From NCBI RefSeq assembly GCF_006345805.1, contig NC_043001.1, positions 66,588,001 through 66,652,000 of the forward strand: DNA of 64,000 nt, in the 5' to 3' direction. The DNA is from Octopus sinensis (Eukaryota). Every line of letters starts with the position of its first letter. The stretch's first letter is position 1. Of this stretch, positions 24,258-36,937 are shown one piece after another. The position numbers were made by a program, and so were the translations under genes. The notes beneath the pieces are model-generated. The model did not search any database. It had not been told where the DNA came from and was given only the letters and a program-made list of their open reading frames with translations.

Positions 24258-24482
24258 TTAAACCTTTCAATATCAACCCACCCAAGATCATCCCTCATTC
24301 TTTGATACAAACTTCCTGTTTAGAATGTTTTAAATAGAAGCCTTTCATCAAATTTTCATGTTAATTCATTTCAACACCATTTTAATAATATCAAAGTTAT
24401 TTTATTAAATTCTTCATTATTTTCAAAATTAACTGAAAAACGGCAGTGTATATTAACAGAAACATGGTAACAAAAGGCTTAA
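24258..24482. mobile_element. piggyBac-like MITE (TTAA-flanked)
   Basis: Ends ttaa-acctttcaatatcaac ... ggtaacaaaaggc-ttaa; a related copy lies in the opposite orientation at 34038-34227. Confidence 0.55.
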
Positions 24483-25726
24483 AAACCAATCGATATATTG
24501 GATAATGCACACCTAGGTGCATTAATTCTGAATGGAATGAGACTGAATGATTGCACACACACACACACACACTAATTCAGTATTGTGTATGTAATGTCTT
24601 AGCTGTGCATGCAGCACTAGTAACAATGACAGGTTATAAAACATTAACTTTGTATTGGAGAAATTTTTTCACATGCAACCAGCTGTAGCTCACCTTTCAC
24701 ATAATTCATAATAATAATAATAGTAGTAGTAATTCCACCTTGAAAAGAAACAGCTGTCCATTACGGTTAAACTGTTAGAATTGACTATTGCGTCATCTTC
24801 AACAAAGCTTTCACACACTTTGTTTGTTGAGGAGAGGCAGAGTTTGAAAATTTTCCACTTAATTTTTAACTGTAATTGCAGGTGACTGCTATTTCATATG
24901 GTAATTTAATTAGTTTGTATCTCTCTACTTTTATTGACTTTTTGAAAATAATTTTGTTTGTGTATCTGGATGGCTCTTGAGTTTCTGTTAACTTAGCCAT
25001 CCTTAGATGGCTGTCAGTATTGTTCACCTGACAGTTAACTGAGGACATGAACATTTTCAGAAAGTCAAAAAGTAATGGCTATGGTTCACACATTTAAATT
25101 AACTTTAGTCTACAACTGGTATGCGCGCGCGCACACACACACTCTCTCACTCTCTTTCTCCCTTTCTATCTCTCTCTTACACACATACACATAAGCTATA
25201 TTCACTACATCAAATCACCAGTAAGCATACAGGGCATATGTGTTATGTATGTGTGGTCGATAATGTTTATTACATTCGTGCTGCTTCTATTTCATATCTG
25301 AATTTATTTTTGGATATGCATTGTCGGGGCATACCAGCACATTGTTTTTACACTATATGCATATAAGTCGTGGACTGGTGGTATTATTCACCTCCGATTC
25401 AGTTTGGGTATGTAATGTTGATAAGCTACAAAAATGGTGAAACATAGGTGTCCATCACTCTTGAATGGGATTAGGGGCAAGTTGTCTCACTTGTCCATGA
25501 CTTTTAGGTGTTTTAACACCTGGTGCTTTGAGGGCAAACATACAAAGCATATACATTAAGTATGTGTGGTTGATAATATACACATACATATCACGAGATC
25601 ACGAGACCGACCAGACCATCAGATGTTGTTACACATCGCTGGTCACAATGCGTTCGCATTGTTTTAGCCTTCAAATGACGCCACCCTGCTGGCTAAGCGA
25701 GCAGGCCACACACACACACACACACG

Positions 25727-25785
<59 letters not shown>

Positions 25786-25788
<3 letters not shown>

Positions 25789-25904
25789 TAGTATTGATAT
25801 TGACTTTGAAGTTTTGCCCAGCTAACCCATTGCTGGACAGTCTGACGATGGTTTAATTGATGGATTGATTGGCCTGAACTTCAAAGTCACTGTCAATACT
25901 ATTC
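25786..25904. mobile_element. 119-bp MITE-like hairpin with 28-bp terminal inverted repeats
   Basis: gaatagtattgatattgactttgaagtt (25786-25813) versus aacttcaaagtcactgtcaatactattc (25877-25904): 26/28 complementary. Confidence 0.75.
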
Positions 25905-26350
25905 TTGTTAGACAGTAGCAAATTTGTACTCTACCAAAATTATTGAGTGATCCTTCAGTTCAATGTAAAATTGTTTTTATTATAACATGAAACCAAACAT
26001 TAATATATGTATATATATATGTGAATATTAACATGAAGTTATTATTGTAAAGCTAGTTTAAGAGTAATAAAGGGAACATTTACTGAGGGGTGACTCAATA
26101 ATGTGAGAAGAGATAAAGGTTTAATAAGCCTTCAGGTGAAACTGGGAGCTTGAGGTTTTTTTTTTTTTTGTGTAGAGGTATTTCAATACAATTTCTTCTC
26201 TCCTGATTAAGATATGACCAAGTAGCATAAGAACCTGAAGTTTTTCAGTTGCATATTATTGACAGTGGTTATACTGGCATGTCTATACTTTTATCTTTGC
26301 AGCAATAAAGCATTTTATCAAGAAGCTGTTTCTTTTCTCCTGCTGTTTAG

Positions 26351-26522
26351 GAAACAACTGTATTTTGAAAAGTATGTGACATATTTTACAGGTATTCTTG
26401 GTCAGACTGGTATACATTTTTACTGTTTAGTATACCAATCCTACATCTGCTTTGTTTATTATTTTTCTATCAGGTATTTTCCATATAAAGGGCATCACTT
26501 TGTGTGTTGTCGTCGCAATCAG
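26351..26522 (+). other. Candidate pair of short host exons (26351-26371, 26474-26522)
   Basis: cttttctcctgctgtttAG|21 nt|GTATGT and tttttctatcAG|49 nt|GTTAGG; spliced frame reads KQLYFEKYFPYKGHHFVCCRRNQ; no homolog recognised. Confidence 0.3.
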
Positions 26523-26929
26523 GTTAGGTTGTTAGTATGGTGTTTATAAATTATGGTTAGACATTTGTAATTTTGTGTTACCCATGCAACTACAACTGGC
26601 TTTAAAAGAATTTCTGTTGAAGTTTTGTGATATCTGTATGAAGCAAAGAAGTGCTCACTGATCAGTGGAAAGAAAGCTCTAGCAATTTCTATATATACAT
26701 TTACACAATGAGGTAGGTTAAACCAGATGATTTTTCTATTATGTTAGATAGTATTTGTTGTGAGTTGCATTGTATTTCAGTTTGATGTTAAAATTGTAGT
26801 GTGGGGCAATATTGTTAAATATTTCTCTGTTCAGTGATAGTGTCTGCTAATATTGTCTATAATATTCTGTATGATGGTGTGTATGTGTAGCTGGAACTCT
26901 TATTTATATATATATATTTATATATATAT

Positions 26930-29900
26930 ATAAGGTAATTGAGGTAATCAGAGTAAGTGACAGAATACTTAAGATTAGATTAGTGCTTCATCATTATATC
27001 GGCCTATGCCCCTCCGCCAGGGCTACCCGATGGACAGAAAGACCAATTCTATGACACCCTACTGCAGACTACCTTGTTGACCAACGACAGAGACCTTCTC
27101 TTTGTGGCTGGTGACTTCAATGGGCATGTTGGACAACATGCTGAGGGCTTCCATGGTGTACATGGAAGCTATGGTCATGGTTCCCGCAACGGGGAGGGAA
27201 CCAGGCTGCTGGAGTTCTGCGATGCGAATGATCTTATGGTTTGCAACACTAACTTCAGGAAACCTACCAGCCACCTAGTCACCTACCGATCGGGTTGACA
27301 TACCAGCCAAATTGACTACATCCTTGCCAGGAAAAGGGAAAGATGGTTGCTTATAAATGCTAAAAACCTTCCCAGGCGAAGAATGTACCCCACAACATAG
27401 ACTGGTTGTTAGTGACCTTAGGATCAGGACTAAGAGGACGACCAGAAGACGAACAACATGGAGAAGAAGGATCTGGAAACTTAAAGATCCTGCGAATGGA
27501 CAGAGACTTAGGGACATATTACTTGAAGCCTTTGACGAAATAGAAGGGGATATAGCTTCACATGGGGTAGAAGACAACTGGAGGTTTCTAAGGGACAACC
27601 TGCTGAGAGCCACTGACCAGATCTGTGGCTGGTGCAAAGTCCCCTCTCGACCCAAAATAACGTGGTGGTAGAACACTGTTGTTGACAGGGCTATTAGAGA
27701 AAAGAGACAGGCTTGGAAGGACTGGAAGAATGGTGGTAGCAGGGAATTGTATCAGACTGCCAAAAGGGAAGCTGGGAGACAGGTCTATTTAGCCAGAGGG
27801 GAAGCAGATAAGAAAAAATTTGCTAATGTTCTGCGCCTTGAGGACCAAAGACTTGAGGTGTTTCATGTTGCAAGACAGTGCGTGAGAGAGAATCGTGATG
27901 TGGTAGGAGAGAAATGTGTTCGCATGGATGATGGTTCACTTGCACTAAATGAGGATGCAAAGAGAGAGGCTTGGAAACTCCACTATGAAAGGTTGCTGAA
28001 TAAAGAAAATGAATGGGATAAAGAGAGTCTGCCGAATGTCGACCCAACAGAGGGACCAGCTATCCGAGTTCACAGTTCCTTGGTAGTTAAGGCAATTAGA
28101 AGCATGAAGACAGGAATCACTGCAGAGATACTCAAAATATCTGATAGTGTCGGCTATAGCCTAGTCACCCGTATAGTTAATCAGGTGATACACGAAGGAG
28201 TTATACCCAATGACTGCTACAAAGGTAAAGGTGACGCCCTAGATACAAATAATTACAGAGGTATCAAGCTGTTGGATCGGATATTGAAAGTTACGGAGAG
28301 GGTCATAGCCCAACTAATTAGAGAGAGTGTTAGTTTAGATGAGATGCAGTTGGGGTTCATGCCAGAGAAGAGTACCACTGATGCTATATTTCTGGTAAGG
28401 CAGCTGCAAGAGAAATACCTAGCCAAAGATAAGCCCCTGTACCTGGCTTTCGTTGACATGGAGAAAGCCTTTGACAGGATCCCCCGATCCCTTATCTGGT
28501 GGTCAATGAGAAAACTAGGGATAGATGAATGGTTAGTGAGAGCCGTGCGAGCCATGTACAGGGACGCTGCTAGTAAGGTGAGGGTTGGCAATGGGTACAG
28601 TGAAGAAGTCCGGGTAGAGGTAGGGGTCCACCAAGGTTCAGTCCTCCAGGCAATAACAGAGAAATTCAAGACGGGATGCCCCTGGGAGCTCCTCTATGCT
28701 GATGACCTTGCTCTAATTGCTGAGTCACTATCAGAACTGGAGGAGAAGTTTCAGGTGTGGAAGCAAGGATTAGAATCGAAGGGCATTAGAATCAACTTAG
28801 CTAAAACCAAAGTCCTAATAAGTATGAAGGTAGACAAATCACAAACGTCTTCAGGTAGATGGCCCTGCTCGATCTGTAGAAAAGGTGTAGGTAGAAACTC
28901 TATAAGATACACCAAGTGTAAGCTATGGACACATAAGAGGTGCAGCAATGTCAAAGGAAGGCTAACTAGGAAGATAGTTTTTGTATATGGCAGATGCTCA
29001 GGAGCAATAAACACTGAAAATGCTCTGAGACCAACTTCCGCCACATTCCATGGAGAAAAACTAGAAATAGTTGATAGCTTCCGTTACCTAGGTGACCAAG
29101 TCAGTAGGGGGTGTGAGTGTGCTGAAAGTGTAACTGCTATAGTAAGAATAGCTTGGGCAAAGTTCAGAGAGCTCTTACCTCAGAGTAAAAGGCAGACTGT
29201 ATGACGCATGTGTACGAACAGCCATGCTACATGGCAGTGAAACATGGGCCGTGACTGCTGAGGATATGTGTTAGCTCACAAGAAATGAAGCCAGTATGCT
29301 CCGATGGATATGTAATGTCAGTGTTCATACTCGACAGAGTGTAAGTACCTTGAGAGAAAAGTTGGACCTAAGAAGCATCAGTTGTGGTATGCAAGAGAGA
29401 CGTTTGCGCTGGTATGGTCATGTGGCAAGAATGGATGAAGATAATTGTGTGAAAAAGTGCCACACCCTTGCAGTTGAGGGAACCTGTGGAAGAGGCAGAC
29501 CCAGGAAAACCTGGGACGAGGTGGTGAAGCACGACCTTTGAACTTTAGGTCTCACCGAGGAAATGACCAGAGACCGAGACCTATGGAAGTATGCTGTGCG
29601 TGAGAAGACCCGGCAGGAAAAGTGAGACCATAACCCGTGGCCTCTACCTGGGATGTAGCCAGTCCACTTATGCATACCTTTCCTTCTTATGACACAAAAC
29701 TCTACTTGTGAAGACCTGTTGAGGCAAGTGAAAATGAAAATCAAAATCGAAATCGATCAACATCAATGGAAATTGCAGCTGTGATACCAGTGCCGGTGGT
29801 ACGTAAGAAAACCATCTGAATTTGGCCGTTGCCAGCTGACTGGCCTCATGCTGGTGGCACGTAAAAAGCACCATCCGATCATGGCCGTTTGCCAGCGTCA

Positions 29901-30104
29901 TCTGGCATCTGTGCCGGTGGCACGTAAAAGCACCCACTACAGTGGTTGGCGTTAGGAAGGGCATCCAATGGTAGAAATATTGCCAGATCAGACTGGGCCT
30001 GGTGCAGCCTTCTGGCTTCCCAGACCCCAGTTGAACCATCCAACCCATGCTAGCATGGAAAGCGGATGCTAAACGATGATGATGATGATGATGATGATGA
30101 TGAT
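26930..30104 (+). mobile_element. RTE LINE (copy 3), older subfamily, retaining part of the APE endonuclease
   Basis: KVIEVIRVSDRILKIRLVL...SAYAP...LFVAGDFNGHVG (APE), RT with YADD in ORF 27747..29204, PHD with two C>Y changes, small deletions and stops, (GAT)10 tail; starts immediately after (TA)n. Confidence 0.95.
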
Positions 30105-31529
30105 AATAATTCATTGTGTTTACTTGTAGTGTTACTTGTAAGAAATTATCTATAGGTTTGTATTTCAACGTCTTTCAATTATTTATAGGTTTATATTTCA
30201 TTGTCTTTCAACATTTGTCCATGTTGTGCATGTTCAAGTAATGAGACATGACAAGTCCATTGTCTGTGTAATTTTCTGTGCTCATGGATCTTATTCTGTT
30301 ATTCAGTATGTGTATTATGTATAATCTGATCAACCCAAAACCTCTGCTCTATCATAGTTACCCATAGATGCATCAAAAATTTCATTTCCATGTTTTTTAA
30401 CCTGGAAGGGGTTATTGTGAAAAAAAAATCGCTTGCATTCATCATAATTTTGATATCAACAACAGTTATTGCACTGTTTTTAGGAACCTTTAAAAATGGA
30501 AGGAAAAAATTCTAAAATGTCAAACAGGGTGAATCTGCTCTTGGATTTATTTTCAATATTGCTAAACTACTTGATAGTGGCACTGCTACATAATATTAAC
30601 TTTGTTGTGTGTGTTATTTTTGTGCTATGTATCCACTTAAACATTTTGTTATGTGCACCCACAAACACATGCCAAGCTAGAATATTTCCTAATTCATACA
30701 AGTCTAAGCCAAATCTATTCTAACATTCTCAGTGAAATGTTTAAGGAGAATTAAAAGTTTTCAGAAATGTCTTTGTTTGGCAAGTGATTTGATCAGAGAC
30801 CAGTAGCAGCATGGAAGACAAACATTTTTTTTAGCCATTCAAGAACTCATAAAAACCATTAACTTCACTTAATCCTTTATTATTTCATGTCAAAATTTTT
30901 GTGGAACTAACTGTAAGCTGGTCAGCTGCAGTGGAACTGTGTCAGTGATCAGGTCGCAAATAGTGTGATGAAAATTTTGACATGGAACAGTAAATGATTA
31001 AATGAAGTTTAGTTTTTCTTTTTTGTACTTTTGAATGGCTGATGTATGTCATCCATGCTGCAATTACTAAAAAGTTTCAGAGCTACAACTATTGTTTATG
31101 AAATAGAACTGAAAAAGACTCAGTTATTCCATACAAACCTAAGTATTATAAATTCCTTATAATTCCAGAACCATGCTTGGTTTCAGTGAGTTGTTCTCTT
31201 GTCCCTTTAATTAGTAACTAAAGTGTTGAAGTAGTCAGGTAGTCACTCTTTTATAACTGTCCCTAATTTGTTGTCCTTGCTCTGCACCGTACCAAATAAC
31301 ATGACAAATCACTAAAAAAAAAAAAACTTAATGTTTAATCCAAGATGCTACATCTCTAGGAGGAGCATGTAATGCTTCTTAACTGCTCCGTTAGTTTACA
31401 CTAAGTTTATAAATATACAATCAAAAGCATATGTGTGGGTATGTATGTGTTTGGGTTGAAATGTATGTATGCATATGTTTGTGTGTATATGTATGTATGT
31501 GTTTTTGTTTATGTATGTGTGTGCATGTC

Positions 31530-31950
31530 ATCCAATCAAGCATAGAAGTCCACTCTTCTATACTTGATTGGATCAGATGGAAATTGTTGCAGCAGGTTTT
31601 CTAGAGCCAGATGCCCCACCTGTTACCAATTCTCACTTGTTTCTAAGCATGGTAATATTTCCTCATTGCTAAACATGTTTTTGCAGAAGATGGGAAATAA
31701 ATGTCATTGTTTGTATGATGGTGACTGTCATTTACAAGTCATAGATGCTTGGTGCATATGTGCATGTGTGTACACATGCACATATACAACGGGCATCTTT
31801 CATTTTCTGTCTACCAAATCCACTCACAAGGATTTTTGGGCCAGCCCAGGGCTAAAGTAGAAGGCACTTGCCCAAAGTGCCATACAGTGAGTCTGAACCT
31901 AAAGCCATGTTATTGGGAAGCAAACTTTGAACCACACAGACATGCCTGTA
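31530..31950 (-). mobile_element. SINE with RTE-like tail
   Basis: Reverse complement of the 5385 family (ccaaatccactcacaagg...cttgcccaaagtgccatacagtg...aaccacacagacatgcctg). Confidence 0.7.
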
Positions 31951-33249
31951 TACATCCTTGCCTGCATATGTATGTGTGTGTGGGCGGGAGGCATATATGT
32001 ATAGGAAGTGAGAGAGTGAGTGAGTTGGTCACTTGAAAAATATTTGTAAAATATTGTATTTCCTGTGATGAAGATCAAGTGAGAAACAAGAAAATATAAA
32101 TGGAAACAGAATTTCTGCAGTCCCAAGCACTTTTTTTGTATGGAGTCATAGAACTGGTTGGTATTTATTCTAGTGAGAGTGTGTAATAAACACAAGCATA
32201 CACAAACACACAGTAGCTGTCTGACCTTTTTTTAACAGTTTGTAGTTGTATTGTGTGTGTGTGTGTGTGTGTGTGTGCATGCATTTATGCATGCTTTCTC
32301 TCTGGCCTGTCCATACATAGTTTTACTGATGTGTGGCTGCGTCTCACTTGGTACAGTTAAATATTAAAGATTGTAATCTCTCCTCTTTGTTCTCCAGTTT
32401 CCATTTCTTTTACTTTGCAGTTTCATGACAAAACATGAACGGAGATAACTGATATAGCCTACCCATCTTTCCTTCCTTTTTTTCCTTCCACCTTAAAATA
32501 TCCACTCCTGTTTCTTGAGATGAATTTTCTTTTTCTGGATATAAATACAGTTTATTTACCCCAGCATTGCCTTGAATAACTAACAACATTGAAATATTTA
32601 TTTTCAGCTGACTACTGCTAGTTGTTCAATTATAATGACACCTTTCTTGGGTGAATGAGTAAGCCATGAATATCAAATAAATAGGGCCTGTGTCTCTGTA
32701 GGATGTTATTATTAGTGATGGTAGTGAGGAATGAAGTGGTGAACTAAATGCTTTGCAGTTACACTTTCCAAGTTGACTTGTTTTGCATTAAGTACTAGTT
32801 ATACTCTCAATTTTATTCACTTGACTATAATTTACTATGGTCCTACAAATTTGTGCCAAAGTGAGAAACTATTATTATTGTGATAAGCTGGCAGAACCAC
32901 TATTGTATTGAACAAAAATGCTCGGCGGCATTTCTTTTGACTCTTTATGTTTTGAATTCTAATACTGCCAAGATTAAAGTACCAGTCAAATATTGGGGTT
33001 GATGTGATCAACTTGCTCATTTCTCCCAAAATTGCTGGCCTTATGCAAAAATTAGAAAGAATTACTCTTGTTACAGTAGTAATAATAGTGGTTTTGTTTT
33101 TGCTATAAGATTAGATGGCTAAATTTGTATATTTTTACTGTTTAGTTAATCCTGTACAAAGTGTTGTTTGCTGCAAGAGACATGATTATAAATTATAAAT
33201 AATCATGTCAAGAGACATGATTATAAATTGTTTTGACAAGAAGCAGGGG

Positions 33250-33361
<112 letters not shown>

Positions 33362-34037
33362 TTTAAGATAGTCTGAATATTTTGTTTTGCTTGATTCTGT
33401 GAATTGTTACTTTCTTATTCTCAGACTATTATTAGTAAGTCAAAAGCTTTGTGAATTTGTTTAAAGTCAGCTGCTCATTTGCATATTAATTTTGAAACTC
33501 TTGAACAAATAAAGGTGAGCTGAGTGAAAAGAATGTGTAAAAGGCTTTTTTTTATTCTTCCTTTAAATGAATTTGAAACTAATATTAACATTTTTACTAT
33601 TGATAGTAACTTACATAAAAGTGGTGACCTAGTTTGATGTTAGTCCTGTTTCTCATTCACCTTTTATAGTCAGATATATCAGTTAGAATGAACCTAAATA
33701 TTGTGGTGCTAGGGAATTGTATTTGCCAGCTCCTAATACAGGCACTTATCTGAGTGATTAAGAACTAGGTGTCTTATAATGCAAATTAACTAAAAAAAAA
33801 AACAAAAAAACAAAACTTGCTTGAAAAATATTTTTCCATTATATTCGAGAATTGTTTCCGTTATATTTGTATCTGTTTATAACTCCTTCTTTTGTGGGGG
33901 ACACACAACTTCAGATTTGTTTATTCTCTGAAACTAAGATATGTTAATAACTCCGTGATTATGTATAATTATAACCTATGTGAATACAAAGTGTTACACC
34001 AAATATATATTTAAGGGGTTGTGATATATATATATAT

Positions 34038-34227
34038 GTAACCCTTTTGTTACCATATTCTGTACACGTATAGTCTTTGTTTCAATTACTTCATAATTAA
34101 GCCAGTGCTTGGAGAATAAATGAATGTGAAAGTTTGATGTAAGGTTTTAATTTAGACAATTTCAAAGCAAGAGGTGTGTATCAGAAAATCAGGGTGATCT
34201 CAGGCAGGTTGATATTAAAAGGATTAA
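34038..34227. mobile_element. piggyBac-like MITE (same family as 24258)
   Basis: gtaa-cccttttgttacc ... gttgatattaaaagga-ttaa. Confidence 0.5.
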
Positions 34228-34439
34228 GGAGTTATACATATTCAAGGGAGGATGATATCACTCTAAATATGTATATTATAATCCACTGCAGAAATTAATT
34301 CTCATTAGATATAATGAGCTCTTCAATGGGTGTGTAATGACCCTTTGAATTTTGATATTATACCCTCTCTCAGTATATGTCAGTGCACTGGGTTAATATT
34401 TTTATAGTTTCAATCATAGCCAATGTAGAACTTTTAACA

Positions 34440-36690
34440 AATGGAAATAGAATAAAACAAACATGAAAAACTACTACTACTAATAATAATAATGATAATT
34501 TCTTTTACTTGCCACCAGGATGAAGGATGAGGGGGACAGCACAGTGACAAATATGTGGGGTCCAGAGAGATCTTGATGGAATCCTCTCCAATTCCTCTTC
34601 TCTGACTCACAGAGCAGTACCATCCACTCTTGCTATTTTTGCAACTTTCATCCACCTTTTGATAAATTCACCTGAGAACAGCAACTCCCTCTTCACCCCC
34701 ACTTTCCTTTTCAAATGAAACTTGAAAAAGTCGATGAGGACTCTACCTAAGAGGAATGTTTGTCCTCATGCCTTTCAACCCTACTAGACAACTTCTTTTG
34801 CTAAAACCACCAGGCAAAGGAAAACTGCTTGATTAAAGGTGGGCAGCAGGGCAATAATTACTATGGACTTGGCTGATAGATGAATCCATCCCATATATGA
34901 CAGCAATTTTTCAACTTCCAGTAACCCTGACTCTGTATACAAATCCTATCTAAATTGACTGCAGATCACAAATTTGTGGCCTGTGTAGCCAACTAATTTG
35001 AATTGTGGACAACCTATGCTTTCCCCATCCACTGACCTAACAAGCTCTATCTAGATACGATCTGGTTGACCTGTTGTGGTTGCTCCATGTCCACACTGGC
35101 ATATCAGGGAAATCTAGTCAGTACCTGTCAAACAGCTAGAAGTTTCTAAGCATGTTTACAAGATTTTTACACCTGCTTCTGTTATATACTAGACCCACAC
35201 AGTCCTTCCATACATCCAACATTCCAGTCCACCACTAGTACTAAAATGTGAGACATTTCCAGGAATGTTTCTAGATGCCTGAAGAAATCTGGCCTTCCAG
35301 CCTCTGTTGGGACACAAATAGTCACCAGTGTGAAGGCACCACTATTGTTGCCATCCATGTCCAGCATCACCTTACTGTCCAGGTCAAAGAAGATTGCTCA
35401 TACCTTGAGGTCTAATGATTCCCAGAATAGCATTGCTACACCACTGTCCACTCTCAATGCTGTTGTTGATGATAATGTTGCTGTTATTGTTTGAATGGTT
35501 GTGAAGTGGGCTGTAGATGTGGTTTTTGTGTTTGTAGTTGGTTTTTTTTTTTTTTGAGTTCTCTGAGAGGGGCACCATACCCTCCTCCTTTTCCACTTTG
35601 ATTTTTTGGAAACTGTTTACCATCTTTTGGCCTGATCTTTCTTCTCCAAGTCAACACCAAGAAATCAGTGGGAGATGGAGAAATCTGGCCAAAAGAGGAA
35701 TTTGAGTCATTGTTGGTTTGTGAAGCAAGAAGTTTGGGGAGAGCATCCTCTTCAGTGGGAGCAGGGGCGGGGACTTCTCTGCTGCCAAGGTTTGGGTGTA
35801 AGGGTCCTCACCTGCTCATGGGGTTGTTGCAGATGCAATTGTGGAGTTGTCAACAAGGATGGTTTCAGTTTCTTTGAGGGCAGAAAGCCTTTTAATGGGT
35901 TGTACTTCCACTGGTGTAACACTTAGCCTTTCTGCCTTCAACCACAATTCTTATGGGTTTCACACCTTCCATGTAAATTATGGAAGTTTTCTACAGTCAA
36001 CAGCATTTCCACTTCCATACAGACCACTAGTCAGGGTGAATTTTAAAGTTAAAATATCACTATACTCATCTAGTACCATTCCAAAATACTGGATGTTAAG
36101 CTCCAGAGGCACATTTGAAAAAAGTAATCTTATTTGCTCATTTCTCCTGATAAGATAGGATGAAAATATGTTTATCTGAGGAGCAAGTGTGCAAGGCCAT
36201 CTTCATCACTGCTTTTTGCTGTAGCATATAGCAATGAGAGATCCAAAATCTCTCTCTCTCTTGATGTGTGAAACTGGAACCCAGACATTTTTCAGGTATT
36301 TTTCTGCTTGGTCTTTTTATTAGCACAATGATAGATCACAGTTCTTTTTGTAATCTGATCTTTTTCGCCTGGTTTTGCTAGGCATTTTCAGAAATTTTTT
36401 ACCAAAATCACTGTTGAAGGAGTGCTCCACCCATCTCCGCAATCATTTTGGTAAAAGATGTGTTGGATTTCTTGTTGTTGCTATTGTTGTTATTTGTAGT
36501 GGAGGATGTGGTTTCATTTTCTATGTTGAAAATTTTCTCCTGAAATGTGTTGTTATTGTTGTTTTTGATATTGCTGTTGTTGCTGTTCACACTTTTCGAG
36601 TCTGTTCCACTTCAAGCTGTGTGTTATTGTTGTTGATAGAATTGGTTTTCAAATATTCTTTGTTGAAACATTCTGCCTTGTGAACAATTT
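34440..36690 (-). mobile_element. Decayed L1/Tx1-clade LINE: ORF1 Zn-knuckle, APE and ORF2 C-terminus, RT absent
   Basis: CYTSGSTTH*KAFC (35880-35921; CCHC knuckle with C>S); GAFTLVTICVP...GRPDFFRHLETFL...LVLVVDWN; CPQFKLVGYTGHKF...GYWKL (APE end), directly followed by TFLLGRVLIDFFKFHLKRKV...FIKRWMKVAK (ORF2 C-terminus). Confidence 0.75.
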
Positions 36691-36745
36691 CAACATCACT
36701 TGTGTTAAAAATAAGCTTGTTTTTTTTCTTTTTGTTTCTCATTGT

Positions 36746-36937
36746 GAAGGCCTGGAATTTGGGGGAGGGATTAGTTAATTATAATTACATCAACCCCAGT
36801 ACTTTATTGGTACTTATTTTATCAACCCAAAGATGATGTAAGGCAAAGTTGACCTGGGTGAAAAATGAACTCAGAACATAAAGGTGGGTGAAATGCTGCT
36901 AAGCATTTTGTCTGACACATTAATGATTCTGTCACCT
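36746..36937 (-). mobile_element. Older copy of the MetaSINE-like SINE
   Basis: ggtacttattttatcaacccaaagatgatgtaaggcaaagttgacc matches 22960-23020. Confidence 0.7.

Noticed and set aside
33467-33514. E-box plus octamer (CAGCTG...ATTTGCATATTAAT), or an exon SAAHLHINFETLEQIK with AAG|GTGAGC donor
   Set aside because: Short motifs are common in AT-rich DNA and the acceptor is weak; unsupported without conservation data.
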